Part shown: in pieces, positions 10,851-22,129 of the stretch
Layout of the letters: each line of letters begins with the position of its first letter
Position numbering within the stretch: position 1 is the stretch's first letter
Source of the DNA: Babesia bigemina
Lineage: Eukaryota
Reading direction: 5' to 3'
DNA: 64,000 nucleotides
NCBI RefSeq assembly: GCF_000981445.1
Contig: NC_027216.1
Span: 124,001-188,000 of the forward strand
The notes under the pieces: model-generated
What the model was told of the DNA's origin: nothing
Databases searched by the model: none
The model's input: only the letters and a program-made list of their open reading frames with translations
Position numbers and translations under genes: made by a program

Positions 10851-11251
10851 GTCAGTCGGTTCTGATGTATTCGATGTCCACCCGTCGCGTGCAGCAGCTA
10901 GAAATCAGCGGCAGAGGTCACTTCGCGCGTGCGCCGCTGGAAGATATTGCGCGCTTCCGAGTCCTGATTAGTATCAAGCGAGACCTGCGTTAACACCGGG
11001 CGGTAGCCTCGAAAAATGCGCTGTGCTGGTCGCGGCGAATAGGGCGTTCCGCATGGTAGCTGTGTAGGGTGTCCAGCGGGGCGGCGCCTCTCCGCACGGT
11101 TCGGAAGCTGTCTACCTGCTTCAGCGCGGCACAAATATTCGGTCGCGCGTCACGTGCCCGGTTGCCTTCCGTGACGGCTGGCTCGTGCCCCGTATGCGTC
11201 ACCCGTTTACCACGAGCGGCGCGATGGCGCATACTACCAGCGATTCGAAAA

Positions 11252-14200
11252 TTAATTGTAAAATTGCCTTATGCGCGACGAGAGCGCTGTGAGCCGAGCG
11301 TCACGGTAGCGCCGGATGTCCTCCGGGCCGGTCATGGCGGCGGTCTTGTCGCATTCCGCGACACGCTTGAGCAGGAACCGCGCGATGCTGGCGTCCCGGA
11401 ACGTCAGGTGGTCCAGCACGGTGGCTAGGAGGTCCACGTATAGCAGGATGAAGTAGTGGACTATGCCTTCGGGGTCGCCCTTTCTGGCGCGCCCGATGTG
11501 CTTCATCAGTTGGCGCGGCAGGCGGGCGCCGCTGCTGGCGCGCAGTCCGTGCAGCGCCTCCGCGGGTATGTGTTGCGAATCCACCGCCGCCGAAACGGCT
11601 TGTCGAAAGTCAGGGGAAAAGCAGACCGACAGCTGCGCGACCAGCGCTATCACCACTCTCTTGGCATGCTTAGCGGCGGCCAACGCCTCCACGAACAGCC
11701 TGACGATCCCACGCACGCGTGCCGTGGTGTGCTCCGACTCGTAGCCCAGTATAAATCCACGATTTTGGCCTTTGCCGCTCCCGGAGCTCGCCCCGGCCGG
11801 CGACACTTCGCCGGCGGCGGTTGGGGTCACTGCCCCGTCAGCGGCACCACCGCCGCCGCCAGTTTTATGTTCGCCAGCGGCGTTGCCGCACAGCTCCGCC
11901 GACGAGCGCGGCGTTACAGGTCGTGGAGGCGCCCTGAGGCTGACGGCGAACGAGTCAATGATGACGCAGAGCAGGAGCGACTGCAGGCATGACGCCAACC
12001 TGCAGAGGAATATATCCGGGTCGTTGCGGGCGAGCGTCTTGAGTGCCTGTTCGGCCAACCGCTGGCTGTTGAGCTCCTGCGAGACAATGTGGCAGAACAC
12101 AAACGGGATAACGGCCTCAGGGTTCGTTAGCCTGTTCACGAGGACCATGTTGCAGATCTCCAGTATCATCACCGGGTCCGCGCCACCGCAGACCGACAGA
12201 CTTCGTGCGACGTTGTTGTCGACCGCCAATAGGGCGACGAAACCCTCCACGAACCCGCCCAGGCAGCAGAAAACTTCGTTATGCGCGGTGCGCAGCGCGT
12301 CGGCGCTGGCCACCGCGCTGTCCGGCTCCGAAGGCGAGGCCAGTCTGCCGTACGCCGTCAACAGCTGGTAGAGCAGCATCATGACACATGCGGTCATGTT
12401 TTCGTTGTTGAACATCCGCGCGACGCGTTTGACGCCCTTGAATTCGATGCAGACGATGTTGCGAAGGTTGATGAACATGCGGGCGACGGACTGTACGAGC
12501 ATGCCAGCGACGTTGTAGAGACCCGCGCCGTAAAAGACCTCGATCAACGAAAGCAGCACGTCGAACAGGCCCTGCGCGCGGCTTTTCCCGCCTGAGAGTT
12601 CCATCGAGAGGTCCGCGAACTCGGCCACGCAACCCAGCTTCCAGGCGCTGCGCAGCAGGACGTTGTACGACATCACCCTGACGATATCCTCTGGCGCCAT
12701 GTGCTCCGCACCTAGCACCGACTGCAGATTCGACAGGTATGTGAATGCCTCCTCGAATACCGCTGTGATGTGGTGCGCCGAACCCAGCGCAACCAGTAGC
12801 TGGATGGCTGCCCTTGTGAGTGCGGGCGCGTCAAACGAGAGCAGCTGCACAACGTTGGATTCCACCTTCCGCAGGTCGTTCGAGTACCCCGATGCTATGG
12901 CCACCAGGTTGCATACCAGCACCACGACCTCCATGCGACTCGCGTCGAAGGTCTCCTCGGAGTCGCAGCTGAGGTAGGGCAGGAAGTAGGTGAGGTACGA
13001 CGCGAAAAGCTCCGGGCACACCTGGCCAAAGAGCTTCAAGACGCACAGCACCTCAGCGAGCACGTGGAAGGACGCGCCGTCGCTGCGGCGGAGCAGGAAA
13101 AGGTCCAGCAAGAGGCTCATCCACTTCTCCAGTGCCGATTTGGCATGGTTGGCGACGGCCTCGTGAAGCTCGTGTTTGGCCAACCCGCGGAGAAAGCCGG
13201 TGTCTGAGCTGCTTTCCACGTCGGTGATGTGCGATTTGTAGTGCTCCAGCACGCGCTGGACGTAATTCTCACGCGCCTTGAATGCGCACATCTTGTACAG
13301 GATCACCTTGACGAAACGCTCCGCCAGGGCCACGGTGCCCTCGTCCATGCGTCCCGTCGACTTCAGCAGTGGGTTTGCGGTGCTGAATAGGCTGTATGCG
13401 AGCGTGTTCAGGACCATGTCGCGAACGGGGGGCTGCTCCCTCTCAAGGTCGCACGTGCGCTCGGCCACTGCCGATATGGCAGGCATGACGCCCATGTCAA
13501 CTCCCTGTCGCCTCACGTACTGGAACACCGCTTTGCACGCAGCCAGGCGTACTTTCCAGTTGACGTCGCGCATTGAAAGCAGCACCCTGCCCATCAGCTG
13601 GTCGCCGATGCCCTCGGCCGAGTCGGGGGGTCGGCTGAAGAACTCGCACATCAGCCGAGACGCGGTCAGGCGCACCATGTAACACTGGTCGCCCATACAC
13701 GCCACCAGCAACTTGCGAACGACGTGGTACCGCAAGTAATCGAACCGCCGCGTGACAACCTCGTAGAGGAAGGAGCTCGCAGAACTCAGCTGGCTGTACT
13801 CGTTGGTGGTGTACAGGACGTTGGTCATGGTGCGCCATATCCCCAGGTAGAGCTCGTTGTAGATGTGGTATAGCACAACCTTAAAGCACAAGCCGGCTTC
13901 GGACGCATCCTCCAGGTGCAGCAGCCTCTGCGGCGGAAGGAGGAAGTACTGCCCGAGCTGCGCGTCCATCGGCCCGTCGAGTCGATGCCCCCTGGTGGCC
14001 TTGAAGAGGCGGTAGACTATACGCGCAAAACGCAGCAAACGGTCGTCGTGGTTGTCGAGGCCATGATCGAGTGTGTCGTGGGTCGTCAATCTCTCCTGCA
14101 CCGCCACATCGAATTCTCCGATGCTCGGGCTCAAATTCAAAAAGCCTTCATCGCGGTTATTGGTCGCACCAATGGCGTCCGCTGCATCCACGATGCTACT

Positions 14201-17200
14201 TGGTTCCTCGTCATCTTCCGTGTCGTCAACCGACTCCGCAACTTCCTCATGACTTTGGCTGTCCGTTTGAGTGGCGCATGGTGGATCATCGGGTGATAGC
14301 GCCACTGATTCGCTCATTGCGGACGAAGGCATATCATCGGTACACTTCAACCGCTTCAGGTCGCCAGCATGTTCCGGTGAGAGAGACGTAGAACCCACGG
14401 CTCCCGACGGCCGGCTCTCCATGCGGCGCTTAAGCGGTCGGCTTGTCAAGATTTCGCCGGCAGAGTTCACGCGCGCGATGTGCTTGAGCGACATCAGGAG
14501 CACCAAATCACTGGTGCTGCCTTCTCTCAGCGCGTGAACACCCAAATGGGTCATGTACCGCTCGGCCACCTCGTGCAGGGCCTGGGCGTCGAAGTGGCGG
14601 GGGTCCGAGGCTGCATGCCCGTCCCCGCAGCCTTCCAGCAAGTTGAGGTCGAACACCGAAATCTTGAAAAGCGGGGTGCTCATGCACTTGAAGCACGACA
14701 CGTACTCCGGTAAGAATCCGCACGATTCCTCCACGGCGTTTAGCACAGAGAAGACGTAGCCGGAAATGGTCTGCAGCACGCGCAAACAGCGGCGCTTCTG
14801 CAACACGCTGCTCTTTGGATCGCGCGCGCACTCCATCATCAGCTGCGCAATGAACAGCAGCATGAAATGGCCGGCAATCTCGTTCGGCGCCGCTATCAGG
14901 CTCTCGACCAACGCTTTGAGGAAGGCGAAGTTGGCCGACAGTGACGTATCCACCAACGTCTGCACCGCATTCCGGCAGTCGTGGAACGCGTTGCTCATGT
15001 GCACGCCTGAGAGCATGAGCTCAAACAGCCGCAGCAACAGCGTCGTGATGAGGCGTGAGTGGGAGGCGCCGGCGTCCACCCTGGTTACCACCATGTTCAA
15101 CAGCGCGCTGTACTCCTCCATGTTGGTACACCGGCTGGCAACTACGATCATGTGCGTGCGCAGTGATGTTAGTATGCCCGCCAAATGGCTTGGCGTTTTG
15201 AAAGCAAGCTCAACGCAGACGTCCATCAATGGCCGAGCGACCTCAAAGGGGAGCTCCTTCGATATCAGAGGCGGCAACGCCCCAACGAGCATATGCAATA
15301 TCTCGGAATCAATAGCATCCCAATCCCGATCTGCGACGGTGGCGAGTGTCCTTGCGGTCAGCGTCACGAACAGCGACAACCTTACCGGCTCCCGCTGGCC
15401 CATCTCCAGGAACAGCAGCAACACAAAGGCGAGGTGGGCGCCCTCAATCCCACATGACTCCGATGCCAACTGCATAGCGTTTTCTACGCTTTGGCGCAGG
15501 TTTTCCACCTGCTTCAGATCTAGCGTTCGCAAAATTTCAGTTACGCGATGTCGGTTCTCCACAAAGGTGTCACTGCTATCTACCATGTCCGTAACCATAG
15601 TTTCATCATTTCGTACCGGCGACAACGCGTCTTTATCGACTGTCGAAGGAGCTATATCTATCTGGCACTGCGTGACTGCACAATACCCCGTATCGTCGTC
15701 AGCGTCAGCGGGCTGCTGCGTCCCCTCCTCTTCCTCATGGGTCACTTTCATTACTGTGTCAGCATCTGTTTCATTGTAAAAATCAACTTCATTTGAATAT
15801 TCGTGATTGGTGACACCTTGAATCTCGTTAAAAACTTCATTTCCACTTTCGCTCGAATCTAACATGGGATCCTGCGCCATCGATTCGTCTGCCTCTGTTT
15901 TTACCGGGAGATCGGGTTGCGACTCCGCTGATTCACCTGGGGCGTCTTGCTCAATGTCCTGCGTAATAACAGTTTGGGGCTGCTCAGAGTCTGCAACTGC
16001 TGCCGAGTCATCCAGCATAACAACATCCTGGATGTCTGCCTCACCGTTAGCAATGGTAGGTAGGTCATGGTTTTCCTGGGAATCCTCAGCCTCACCAATA
16101 GGTTCAGATCTGTTGTCCAAGTTACCATCTGTTTTGTATACGTTATCTTCCGCATTCTCGGAGTCTACCTGGTGCACATCCTCGGACACGAGATAATCGT
16201 TCGTCGATGTTTCTGTATCAACGTTGATTTCGCATTGTTGCAATACCGTATCTTCAGACACCATTGCGCCCTCTTCGCCAGTCCGCATTTCTTCCGTATC
16301 ATTGCCCACCAAAGGTTCGTCTACTGCATGAACCGCCACAGGGCGTTCGTCGTGGCCGTGAAACAAGGAATCACTGGCGTTGACAGCTACTCCATCTGGC
16401 GGCATAACATCGCCAATAGATGTCGTTTCGCAATCCAGCGGTAAGCTTGGATCTGCGATGCTGCTGCTCACCTCATGGCAATGTTCCGATTTGCCCGGCG
16501 TGCAAATGGTCTCGGCGTGTGGCTCATCAACCTCAGCTTCTTGCAACGCGTGACTCGGTTGAGATTCAGATCGCAATGAAACTGTGTCTTCGATCCAATC
16601 CAATGATTCTTTCATTCCAATCTTAATGTGAGCATCAACGGGCGTGTTGTGCGGGTCTTGGCGCTCCACTTCATCGAGTTCCGAGGTCTCCGCCCAAAGC
16701 ATTGCCGCCGTGGGTAACATCCGATTTTGCTCGCCGCTGGCTGGTTGGGGTTGTGATTGGCAGGCATCAGCGCCCATTGCATCTTGATAATTTGTGTCGT
16801 TGGACGCATCGATCTCGGGCTCAGTAGAGGCGCCTGCCTCCTCTGGCAACGACGGCGGGTCCTCCGAACTGGCAGCTACATCTTCGCTGTCAACGTGGTT
16901 TGCGGCGAAGTCTTCAGCGGCTGTGGATGCGGCGATGTCTTCAGCGGCTGTGGATGGGGCTTGTTCCCGCTCCTGCGGCGGTGCTTCCGACAGAGCGACG
17001 TCACCCTGCGGAGATTCCCCGACATCAGCAACCTCGGGCAGCGGCAAGACGCCGCCATCACTGCCGTAATCTGCTACAACTTCGTGTATAAGCTTGTCGT
17101 GAGATGGTGAGTGTGTCGTGAGCCGGGTTACCTCGGCTACGTCGGTTGTGCTCGGCGACGCCGCGGTCCCGCATGCCTCATCGGAGTCCAGCACCTCACC

Positions 17201-17521
17201 AAGCGTGAAGTATGACGTGACGTCCACCAGAGGCGAGTTCCGTGTATCCAGGAGGAGGCCCTTGCTGCGATCGCGGCGATGAAACCTGTCTACAACGGCC
17301 TTGGCGAATGCTGTCTTATCGTGTCTATAAAAGTCAGCCAGACCCGTGCTGTCGACGCCGTATAGCGTGACCAGCTTCGACACGGCCTCGTATCCGTAGT
17401 CGGGAGCTGAATGTGTAGCCTCAGGGGGATCAGTTTCCGCCACCGCGGACCCTGGATGTGTGCCTCGGGCTGGCCGCCCCCCCTCAGCCTCGGACCTAGG
17501 TATGTGCTGCATCTGCGCCAT
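11252..17521 (-). CDS. Large HEAT-repeat protein, probable cohesin loader Scc2/Nipped-B (NIPBL)
   Basis: ~2090-aa single ORF with an acidic disordered N-terminal third. It has HEAT repeats (MGDQCYMVRLTASRL, SMRDVNWKVRLAACK, EREQPPVRDMV) and a C-terminal NRLTNPEAVIPFVFCHIVSQELNSQRLAEQALKTL segment resembling the Nipped-B C-terminal GLVHPxxCVPYLIAL...A motif. First ATG at 17521. Confidence 0.65.
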   Translation of the reverse strand: MAQMQHIPRSEAEGGRPARGTHPGSAVAETDPPEATHSAPDYGYEAVSKLVTLYGVDSTGLADFYRHDKTAFAKAVVDRFHRRDRSKGLLLDTRNSPLVDVTSYFTLGEVLDSDEACGTAASPSTTDVAEVTRLTTHSPSHDKLIHEVVADYGSDGGVLPLPEVADVGESPQGDVALSEAPPQEREQAPSTAAEDIAASTAAEDFAANHVDSEDVAASSEDPPSLPEEAGASTEPEIDASNDTNYQDAMGADACQSQPQPASGEQNRMLPTAAMLWAETSELDEVERQDPHNTPVDAHIKIGMKESLDWIEDTVSLRSESQPSHALQEAEVDEPHAETICTPGKSEHCHEVSSSIADPSLPLDCETTSIGDVMPPDGVAVNASDSLFHGHDERPVAVHAVDEPLVGNDTEEMRTGEEGAMVSEDTVLQQCEINVDTETSTNDYLVSEDVHQVDSENAEDNVYKTDGNLDNRSEPIGEAEDSQENHDLPTIANGEADIQDVVMLDDSAAVADSEQPQTVITQDIEQDAPGESAESQPDLPVKTEADESMAQDPMLDSSESGNEVFNEIQGVTNHEYSNEVDFYNETDADTVMKVTHEEEEGTQQPADADDDTGYCAVTQCQIDIAPSTVDKDALSPVRNDETMVTDMVDSSDTFVENRHRVTEILRTLDLKQVENLRQSVENAMQLASESCGIEGAHLAFVLLLFLEMGQREPVRLSLFVTLTARTLATVADRDWDAIDSEILHMLVGALPPLISKELPFEVARPLMDVCVELAFKTPSHLAGILTSLRTHMIVVASRCTNMEEYSALLNMVVTRVDAGASHSRLITTLLLRLFELMLSGVHMSNAFHDCRNAVQTLVDTSLSANFAFLKALVESLIAAPNEIAGHFMLLFIAQLMMECARDPKSSVLQKRRCLRVLQTISGYVFSVLNAVEESCGFLPEYVSCFKCMSTPLFKISVFDLNLLEGCGDGHAASDPRHFDAQALHEVAERYMTHLGVHALREGSTSDLVLLMSLKHIARVNSAGEILTSRPLKRRMESRPSGAVGSTSLSPEHAGDLKRLKCTDDMPSSAMSESVALSPDDPPCATQTDSQSHEEVAESVDDTEDDEEPSSIVDAADAIGATNNRDEGFLNLSPSIGEFDVAVQERLTTHDTLDHGLDNHDDRLLRFARIVYRLFKATRGHRLDGPMDAQLGQYFLLPPQRLLHLEDASEAGLCFKVVLYHIYNELYLGIWRTMTNVLYTTNEYSQLSSASSFLYEVVTRRFDYLRYHVVRKLLVACMGDQCYMVRLTASRLMCEFFSRPPDSAEGIGDQLMGRVLLSMRDVNWKVRLAACKAVFQYVRRQGVDMGVMPAISAVAERTCDLEREQPPVRDMVLNTLAYSLFSTANPLLKSTGRMDEGTVALAERFVKVILYKMCAFKARENYVQRVLEHYKSHITDVESSSDTGFLRGLAKHELHEAVANHAKSALEKWMSLLLDLFLLRRSDGASFHVLAEVLCVLKLFGQVCPELFASYLTYFLPYLSCDSEETFDASRMEVVVLVCNLVAIASGYSNDLRKVESNVVQLLSFDAPALTRAAIQLLVALGSAHHITAVFEEAFTYLSNLQSVLGAEHMAPEDIVRVMSYNVLLRSAWKLGCVAEFADLSMELSGGKSRAQGLFDVLLSLIEVFYGAGLYNVAGMLVQSVARMFINLRNIVCIEFKGVKRVARMFNNENMTACVMMLLYQLLTAYGRLASPSEPDSAVASADALRTAHNEVFCCLGGFVEGFVALLAVDNNVARSLSVCGGADPVMILEICNMVLVNRLTNPEAVIPFVFCHIVSQELNSQRLAEQALKTLARNDPDIFLCRLASCLQSLLLCVIIDSFAVSLRAPPRPVTPRSSAELCGNAAGEHKTGGGGGAADGAVTPTAAGEVSPAGASSGSGKGQNRGFILGYESEHTTARVRGIVRLFVEALAAAKHAKRVVIALVAQLSVCFSPDFRQAVSAAVDSQHIPAEALHGLRASSGARLPRQLMKHIGRARKGDPEGIVHYFILLYVDLLATVLDHLTFRDASIARFLLKRVAECDKTAAMTGPEDIRRYRDARLTALSSRIRQFYN
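16901..16954. repeat. Two-copy 27-bp coding tandem repeat (STAAEDIAA / STAAEDFAA)
   Basis: tgcggcgaagtcttcagcggctgtgga is followed directly by tgcggcgatgtcttcagcggctgtgga (one mismatch). Confidence 0.9.
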
Positions 17522-17651
17522 CCAGTGGTCCACAGGGTTGGAGGCGAGGCAAATATTTGTGGCACGGCCAGCAGCCCCCTATGTGCGATATCAGTTTGTG
17601 AATTTTCGCCACCCAACAGCTGCGCCTCTCTCGCCACAGTCATAATTAAAA
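17522..17651. promoter_or_regulatory. Compact putative bidirectional promoter region
   Basis: Only 130 bp separate the divergent ATGs of the Scc2-like gene (17521, -) and the RS protein (17652, +). Confidence 0.5.
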
Positions 17652-19360
17652 ATGAGCCGACGCAGCCGAAGGCGGAGCCGCAGCCGCGACTCGCGGCGTA
17701 GAAGCTACGGGCGCAGTTCGTATGGCAGCTATTCGCGCAGCAGATCGCTCTCTAAGGTTAGGCGCGGTTCGTCACGCGACAGAAGGCCGCTTTCCAGGTC
17801 ACGCGGCCGGAGCGATGACTTCAAGAGCAACTCATCGTTTATTCGTAAGTTTTATCCGTGCATAAATATCCGTTAGTTGCCCGTGTCGCCCGTTGCCCAG
17901 TACGGTAAAGCCCCGTCGACGTCGGTCTTCTACGCTCGACTTCTACCCTGTGTCGTCGGCGACAGCAGTAGGGATTGTGCATTACTGCGAATGCACGATG
18001 CGGTAATGCAGGCGTTGGCTCGTCGCGCCGCGGTGATCGGCCGTGGGAGGTCGGAGAGCACGCCTCCATCCAGCCTGTCCCGGCATATGCCCTGTTGTCA
18101 CGTCATCTTCTCTGCATAAAGGCTTCTGCGCGTCATCAAACGCGCTGTTAATGGATTTGACACGCATGCCACCGCCATGCAACGCCACGTTAAGTTGAAC
18201 GGCCTCCTAAGGGGCTGCGATGTCGGCCTCGTGACGCCACGCACTTGACCTACGTACGTTAGATATCATCGTCAACCACCAGACTTCAGAAGCCAACTCA
18301 TCGGGCTATCACGGGGCTATTGGCTATTCGGGGGCGTGCAATCTGCTTCCCCAACGGGGGGTGCCGACCTGCTGCGTGTTGCTGCCAAATGTGGCAACTC
18401 GTGGCTCACCTGGCGGCGAAACGCTGGTACCGTACTGAGAGCCGACGCATGGGCTTTGTATGTCGTTTGTGTGCTATTTGGCGTGCATCATCGCTTCGAT
18501 GTTGTTGTAACACGGGAATCATGGTCGTCGCAGGTGATCGCAAGAGGCGCTCCGAGAATCGCAGCTCCGTCGGATCACGAGGCAGCGTGCGGAGGAACCC
18601 AACGGAGAGATCGCAACCGGTCCCATCGCAAAGCACGGTACCGGCCAATCATACGTACAGGCACGATGCTCCGAGGCGCTACCACCCCCGGCAGCCGCCG
18701 AGGCTCCGCAGGGGCGCGAACAAGTACGAGTCCGAGGACTTCAAGCAACAGCGTATGCAGCAGATGGAGGCTGCCAACAAACACAAGTACGACATGATCA
18801 GCAAGCGTCAGGAGCGCATCAAGAAGCTGGCGGATCTGACCACAGAACTGAACTCGCTGGTAGGGAAACTGTCGCTGCTGCCCAAGGATGCGCCGGAGCG
18901 TGAAGGGGTGTCGCAGCAGATCCAGGACGTGAAGTTTGCGATGAGGCGGTTGCAGATGGAGAGGGAAACGGTGCCTAACAAAATAGACAACCGTCAGACC
19001 AAGCTCCTGTTCAAGGAACTGCCCGAGTGCGCGAAGGGTCCCGGGAAGCTGGCTGAGTGGATCGCCGGCAACGCCGTGATCCTCCTGCCGAAACAAATCG
19101 CAATGTTAGCCACAGCTGCGCAGGGTGCGCTGATCCAGTACCGGAACCATGGTGCAGCGGAAACGGTAAGTAACTCGACGACGGCCGCCGGCTGCCTGCT
19201 GTGCGAACCTCTCATGGGCGTTCAGGTCATGCGCTCCTGCAAACTCCACGGCATCGAGGCGCAGTGGGCTCCCGTGGAGCACGAGGAGGGCGACGGGAAA
19301 GGCTCGGAAGCGCCCGCCAAGGCCGAGAATGCGGCTGACGTTGACTATAACCTTCTATGA
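17652..19360 (+). CDS. RS-rich, coiled-coil, C-terminal RRM-like protein (possibly RBM26/27-like)
   Basis: Exon 17652-17844 (MSRRSRRRSRSRDS...) splices in frame over a gtaagt...cag intron (17845-18533). A second 60-nt intron lies at 19166-19225. The C-terminus IDNRQTKLLFKELP...ALIQYRNHGAAE...IEAQW resembles a degenerate RRM; the family assignment is tentative. Confidence 0.6.
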
Positions 19361-19562
19361 TCGCCTGCTGGCGATGATTGTTAACGGTACTTAGCCATGG
19401 TGTGAAAGGCCGTACTACCAACCATTTCCCACATGGGAGCGCTATGATCATTTAATAGAAGTTCGCTTACAGACGCTGCTGTGCTGCGGTTGGCCGCGCG
19501 CCCGCGGATGGCCGGCGCTGCCGTCGGCGCCCGGCACGGTCACATCACGTTTACTGCTGACG

Positions 19563-20050
19563 ATGCAAAAGGCAGCCAGCTCCAACCTCTCCAGGCTTCG
19601 CTTTATGCAAAGGGGCGAGAAGCCGCAGCAGAAACCCGTGGAAGTTGCAGAGCGGCTCCTCGACGACGAGGCCGCCTGGGTTATCGAGGAATTCGCGGAA
19701 GTGCACAACGACCACTGCGCTGCGGAATCCCAGCCTAAAAAAAACCTCAGCAAGCAATACGCCAGCAGGTGGGTGTTAATTTGGGCGGAGCGAGTGTCAG
19801 CGGCGGCCGCCGATTGGACCGTGTGTCCACCGCCTTCCAGGCTGCCGCGGGCCACTCACTGACCTGTTACAAGCTAATGAGCGCCATGACGCTCTCGTAT
19901 GTGGCAAGTGTGTGCACAGTTATAGCTACCTCTGTTGATGCTTTGCGGCCCGCCGTTGGCGAACTGACGTAACACCCCCGCAGGAAATCTTTCAACGGAG
20001 CCAACCCGTATATCGAGCGCCTGATGCAGGCGATGCGCAAAAGGCGCTGA
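19563..20050 (+). CDS. MPP6: M-phase phosphoprotein 6 (nuclear exosome cofactor), 2 exons
   Basis: Exons 19563-19768 and 19984-20050 give ...SSNLSRLRFMQR...YASRKSFNGANPYIERLMQAMRKRR*, matching both MPP6 hallmarks (SxNLLxMKFMQR and RxSFxGFNPxVEKLM). Confidence 0.82.
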
Positions 20051-20064
20051 TACATCGACCCCCG

Positions 20065-21905
20065 TCAGGAGAGAGCCCTGCGGAGGTACTCGAGCTGTTC
20101 CTCCCTGCCGCTGGGCCACCGGAAGAAGGGCACGTGCACGACGCGGTAGCCGGCGAGCCCGAGCATGAACTGCTTCACATTTGAATTGTGCGTGTATGTC
20201 AGTCGGTAGTCGCATCCGTTGCGATTCAGTAGCTCGTTCGTTCTGCGCAGCATGCGGCGATGCATTTCTGCGACACCTACCTCTCGTTGAGGGCTGTGTT
20301 GAAGTGGTAGGGCCCGTCAATCTCCACCACCGTGCCCGCCTTGCGCAGCACAATGTCGCACACGTGCGAGCCAATGCGCACCTCCTCCTCAACGGCGTGC
20401 CCCAGCAACGACAGCGTGCTGCCGACCTGGCGGTGGAAGTCGCTCGTGCGAAAGTCCTTGCTGTAATCCACGGCGCCGCACACGGTTAGCGCCTCGAGCC
20501 GCTCCAGGTCGCCGTTTAGAAATATGCGTTCGAAATTGACGCCCTTAGACGCAAGGTAGTCCACCAGGAGCCGTGCGTTGCCCCTCATGCTGCTCACCAC
20601 ATCCGCGTCCAGCTCGGCGTCGGCGCCGAAAAACTTGTCGTAGTGGTCCAGCAGATACGTGATGATGTTGATGCCGATCTGGCGCACCTCGCGGGATGTA
20701 GGCAGCGCGTTCGCCGTCACCAAGCTGCCGACCAACTGGCTGAGTGCCACCAGCAATGCCACGGGGTGGCGCTCGCCAGCGCAGAGCGCCTCGAACTCGC
20801 CTATGTCGGCCAAGCGAGACCGCATCCGGCGCTCGAATCCGCCGCAGCGGACTTTGCACTTCTTGGCCACGTGCAGGGCGATGGCGATGTTGCGGAGCGA
20901 TTTAGACCGCAGAAGGGCCGCCTGGTGTTGCGCAACGATGCTGCGGAGGATGTGAGCGTTTAGCGTGCAGTTGATATGCGAGGACAGCATCAGGTATCCG
21001 GTTACTGCGTTCTCGTGGAGCCGGCGAACGCCGGACAGCTGCAGCACGATGGACCTGCCCAACAGCACTATCAAGAGCGACAGCTGGTCGTAGCCCGGCA
21101 GATGGAGCAGCGGCCCGTATTTCGCGCAACAAGCGGCGCACGCACGCGGCAAGGCCGCCTGCCCGACATTACACTCGCATACGGGGACAGCTACCTCCCG
21201 CGTATCCTCGGCGAACATGGGAGGGCCGTCGTTCCATGCACGTGTATGGGTGTAATGCGAATCACGCGTTGTGTGCATCGAATTTGCGCTTTCACTGCCG
21301 TTTCGGCGCGATATGGGTATGCGATGTGGATGGCCATCCTTGTGCTCGGATGGTGCTGAGCCCATCTCGTCTGTCCCCTGGTGGATACGGGCTGCACCGT
21401 AGGATGCGGGGCCAGGGTGGTCACTCGAGGGCGTTACGTGCGACGGCCGGTTGAATTTCATATGCCTCAGGGCTGCACATATGCGGCGGCACTGTCGCAG
21501 AGAAAAGAGGCGGTGCTGCCCGCCCCGCATGCGGCGATTCATCTCGCAGATGAGCAGCAACGGCAAATCAACGCCCTCCTCGTTCTCCCGCAGGTCTCGC
21601 GAGCGGAACAATTCGAGCATTTCCACGAACTCCTCGGCCTTGAGGTGCGCCAGGTAGCGCTGGAACCCAGAGAACACACGGCGGAGGTCGTCCCCGCAAT
21701 CGAACACTCCTGTCCGCACCAGGCGCAAAAACGAGGCCACATCGTATTCTTGCACACGTTCGAGGTACAAATTCGCAACTGCCGTGCGGGTCCTTCGCTG
21801 CTGATTGGTCAGCGGCGTACACTGCGGAAGAGAAAGCGAGCTGCTGGCATCAAGGCACGTGGCGCGGGCCGCCCATACAATCCGGGGAGTCAACTGCCTC
21901 CACAT
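20065..21905 (-). CDS. RAP-domain (FASTK-like) organellar RNA-binding protein
   Basis: C-terminal VCDIVL...VVEIDGPYHF, then after intron 20280-20243 KQFMLGLAGYRVVHVPFFRW, the RAP signature. The basic N-terminus MWRQLTPRIVWAARAT looks like a mitochondrial presequence. Confidence 0.85.
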
Positions 21906-22129
21906 GGTTGGCACAACTTACTTTTGTCGCAAATGTAGCCGTTAATATGCGAGAAATTTCTCATCGCTCGCAGAGCATCGGAAGTCCGACACTCCAAGAT
22001 TAAGGGACTAACCCGGTAGAAAGAATACGGCACCGCACCTTATCCGGGACTTAGCGCGTCCATCGCTCCGAGGGACATTAATATACCGCCGTCTACGGTT
22101 TTTACGCCGGAACCCACGAATATGTCAAC

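Noticed and set aside
11069..17110. Numerous plus-strand ORFs opposite the 2093-aa gene
   Set aside because: Antisense shadow frames expected in GC-rich coding DNA.
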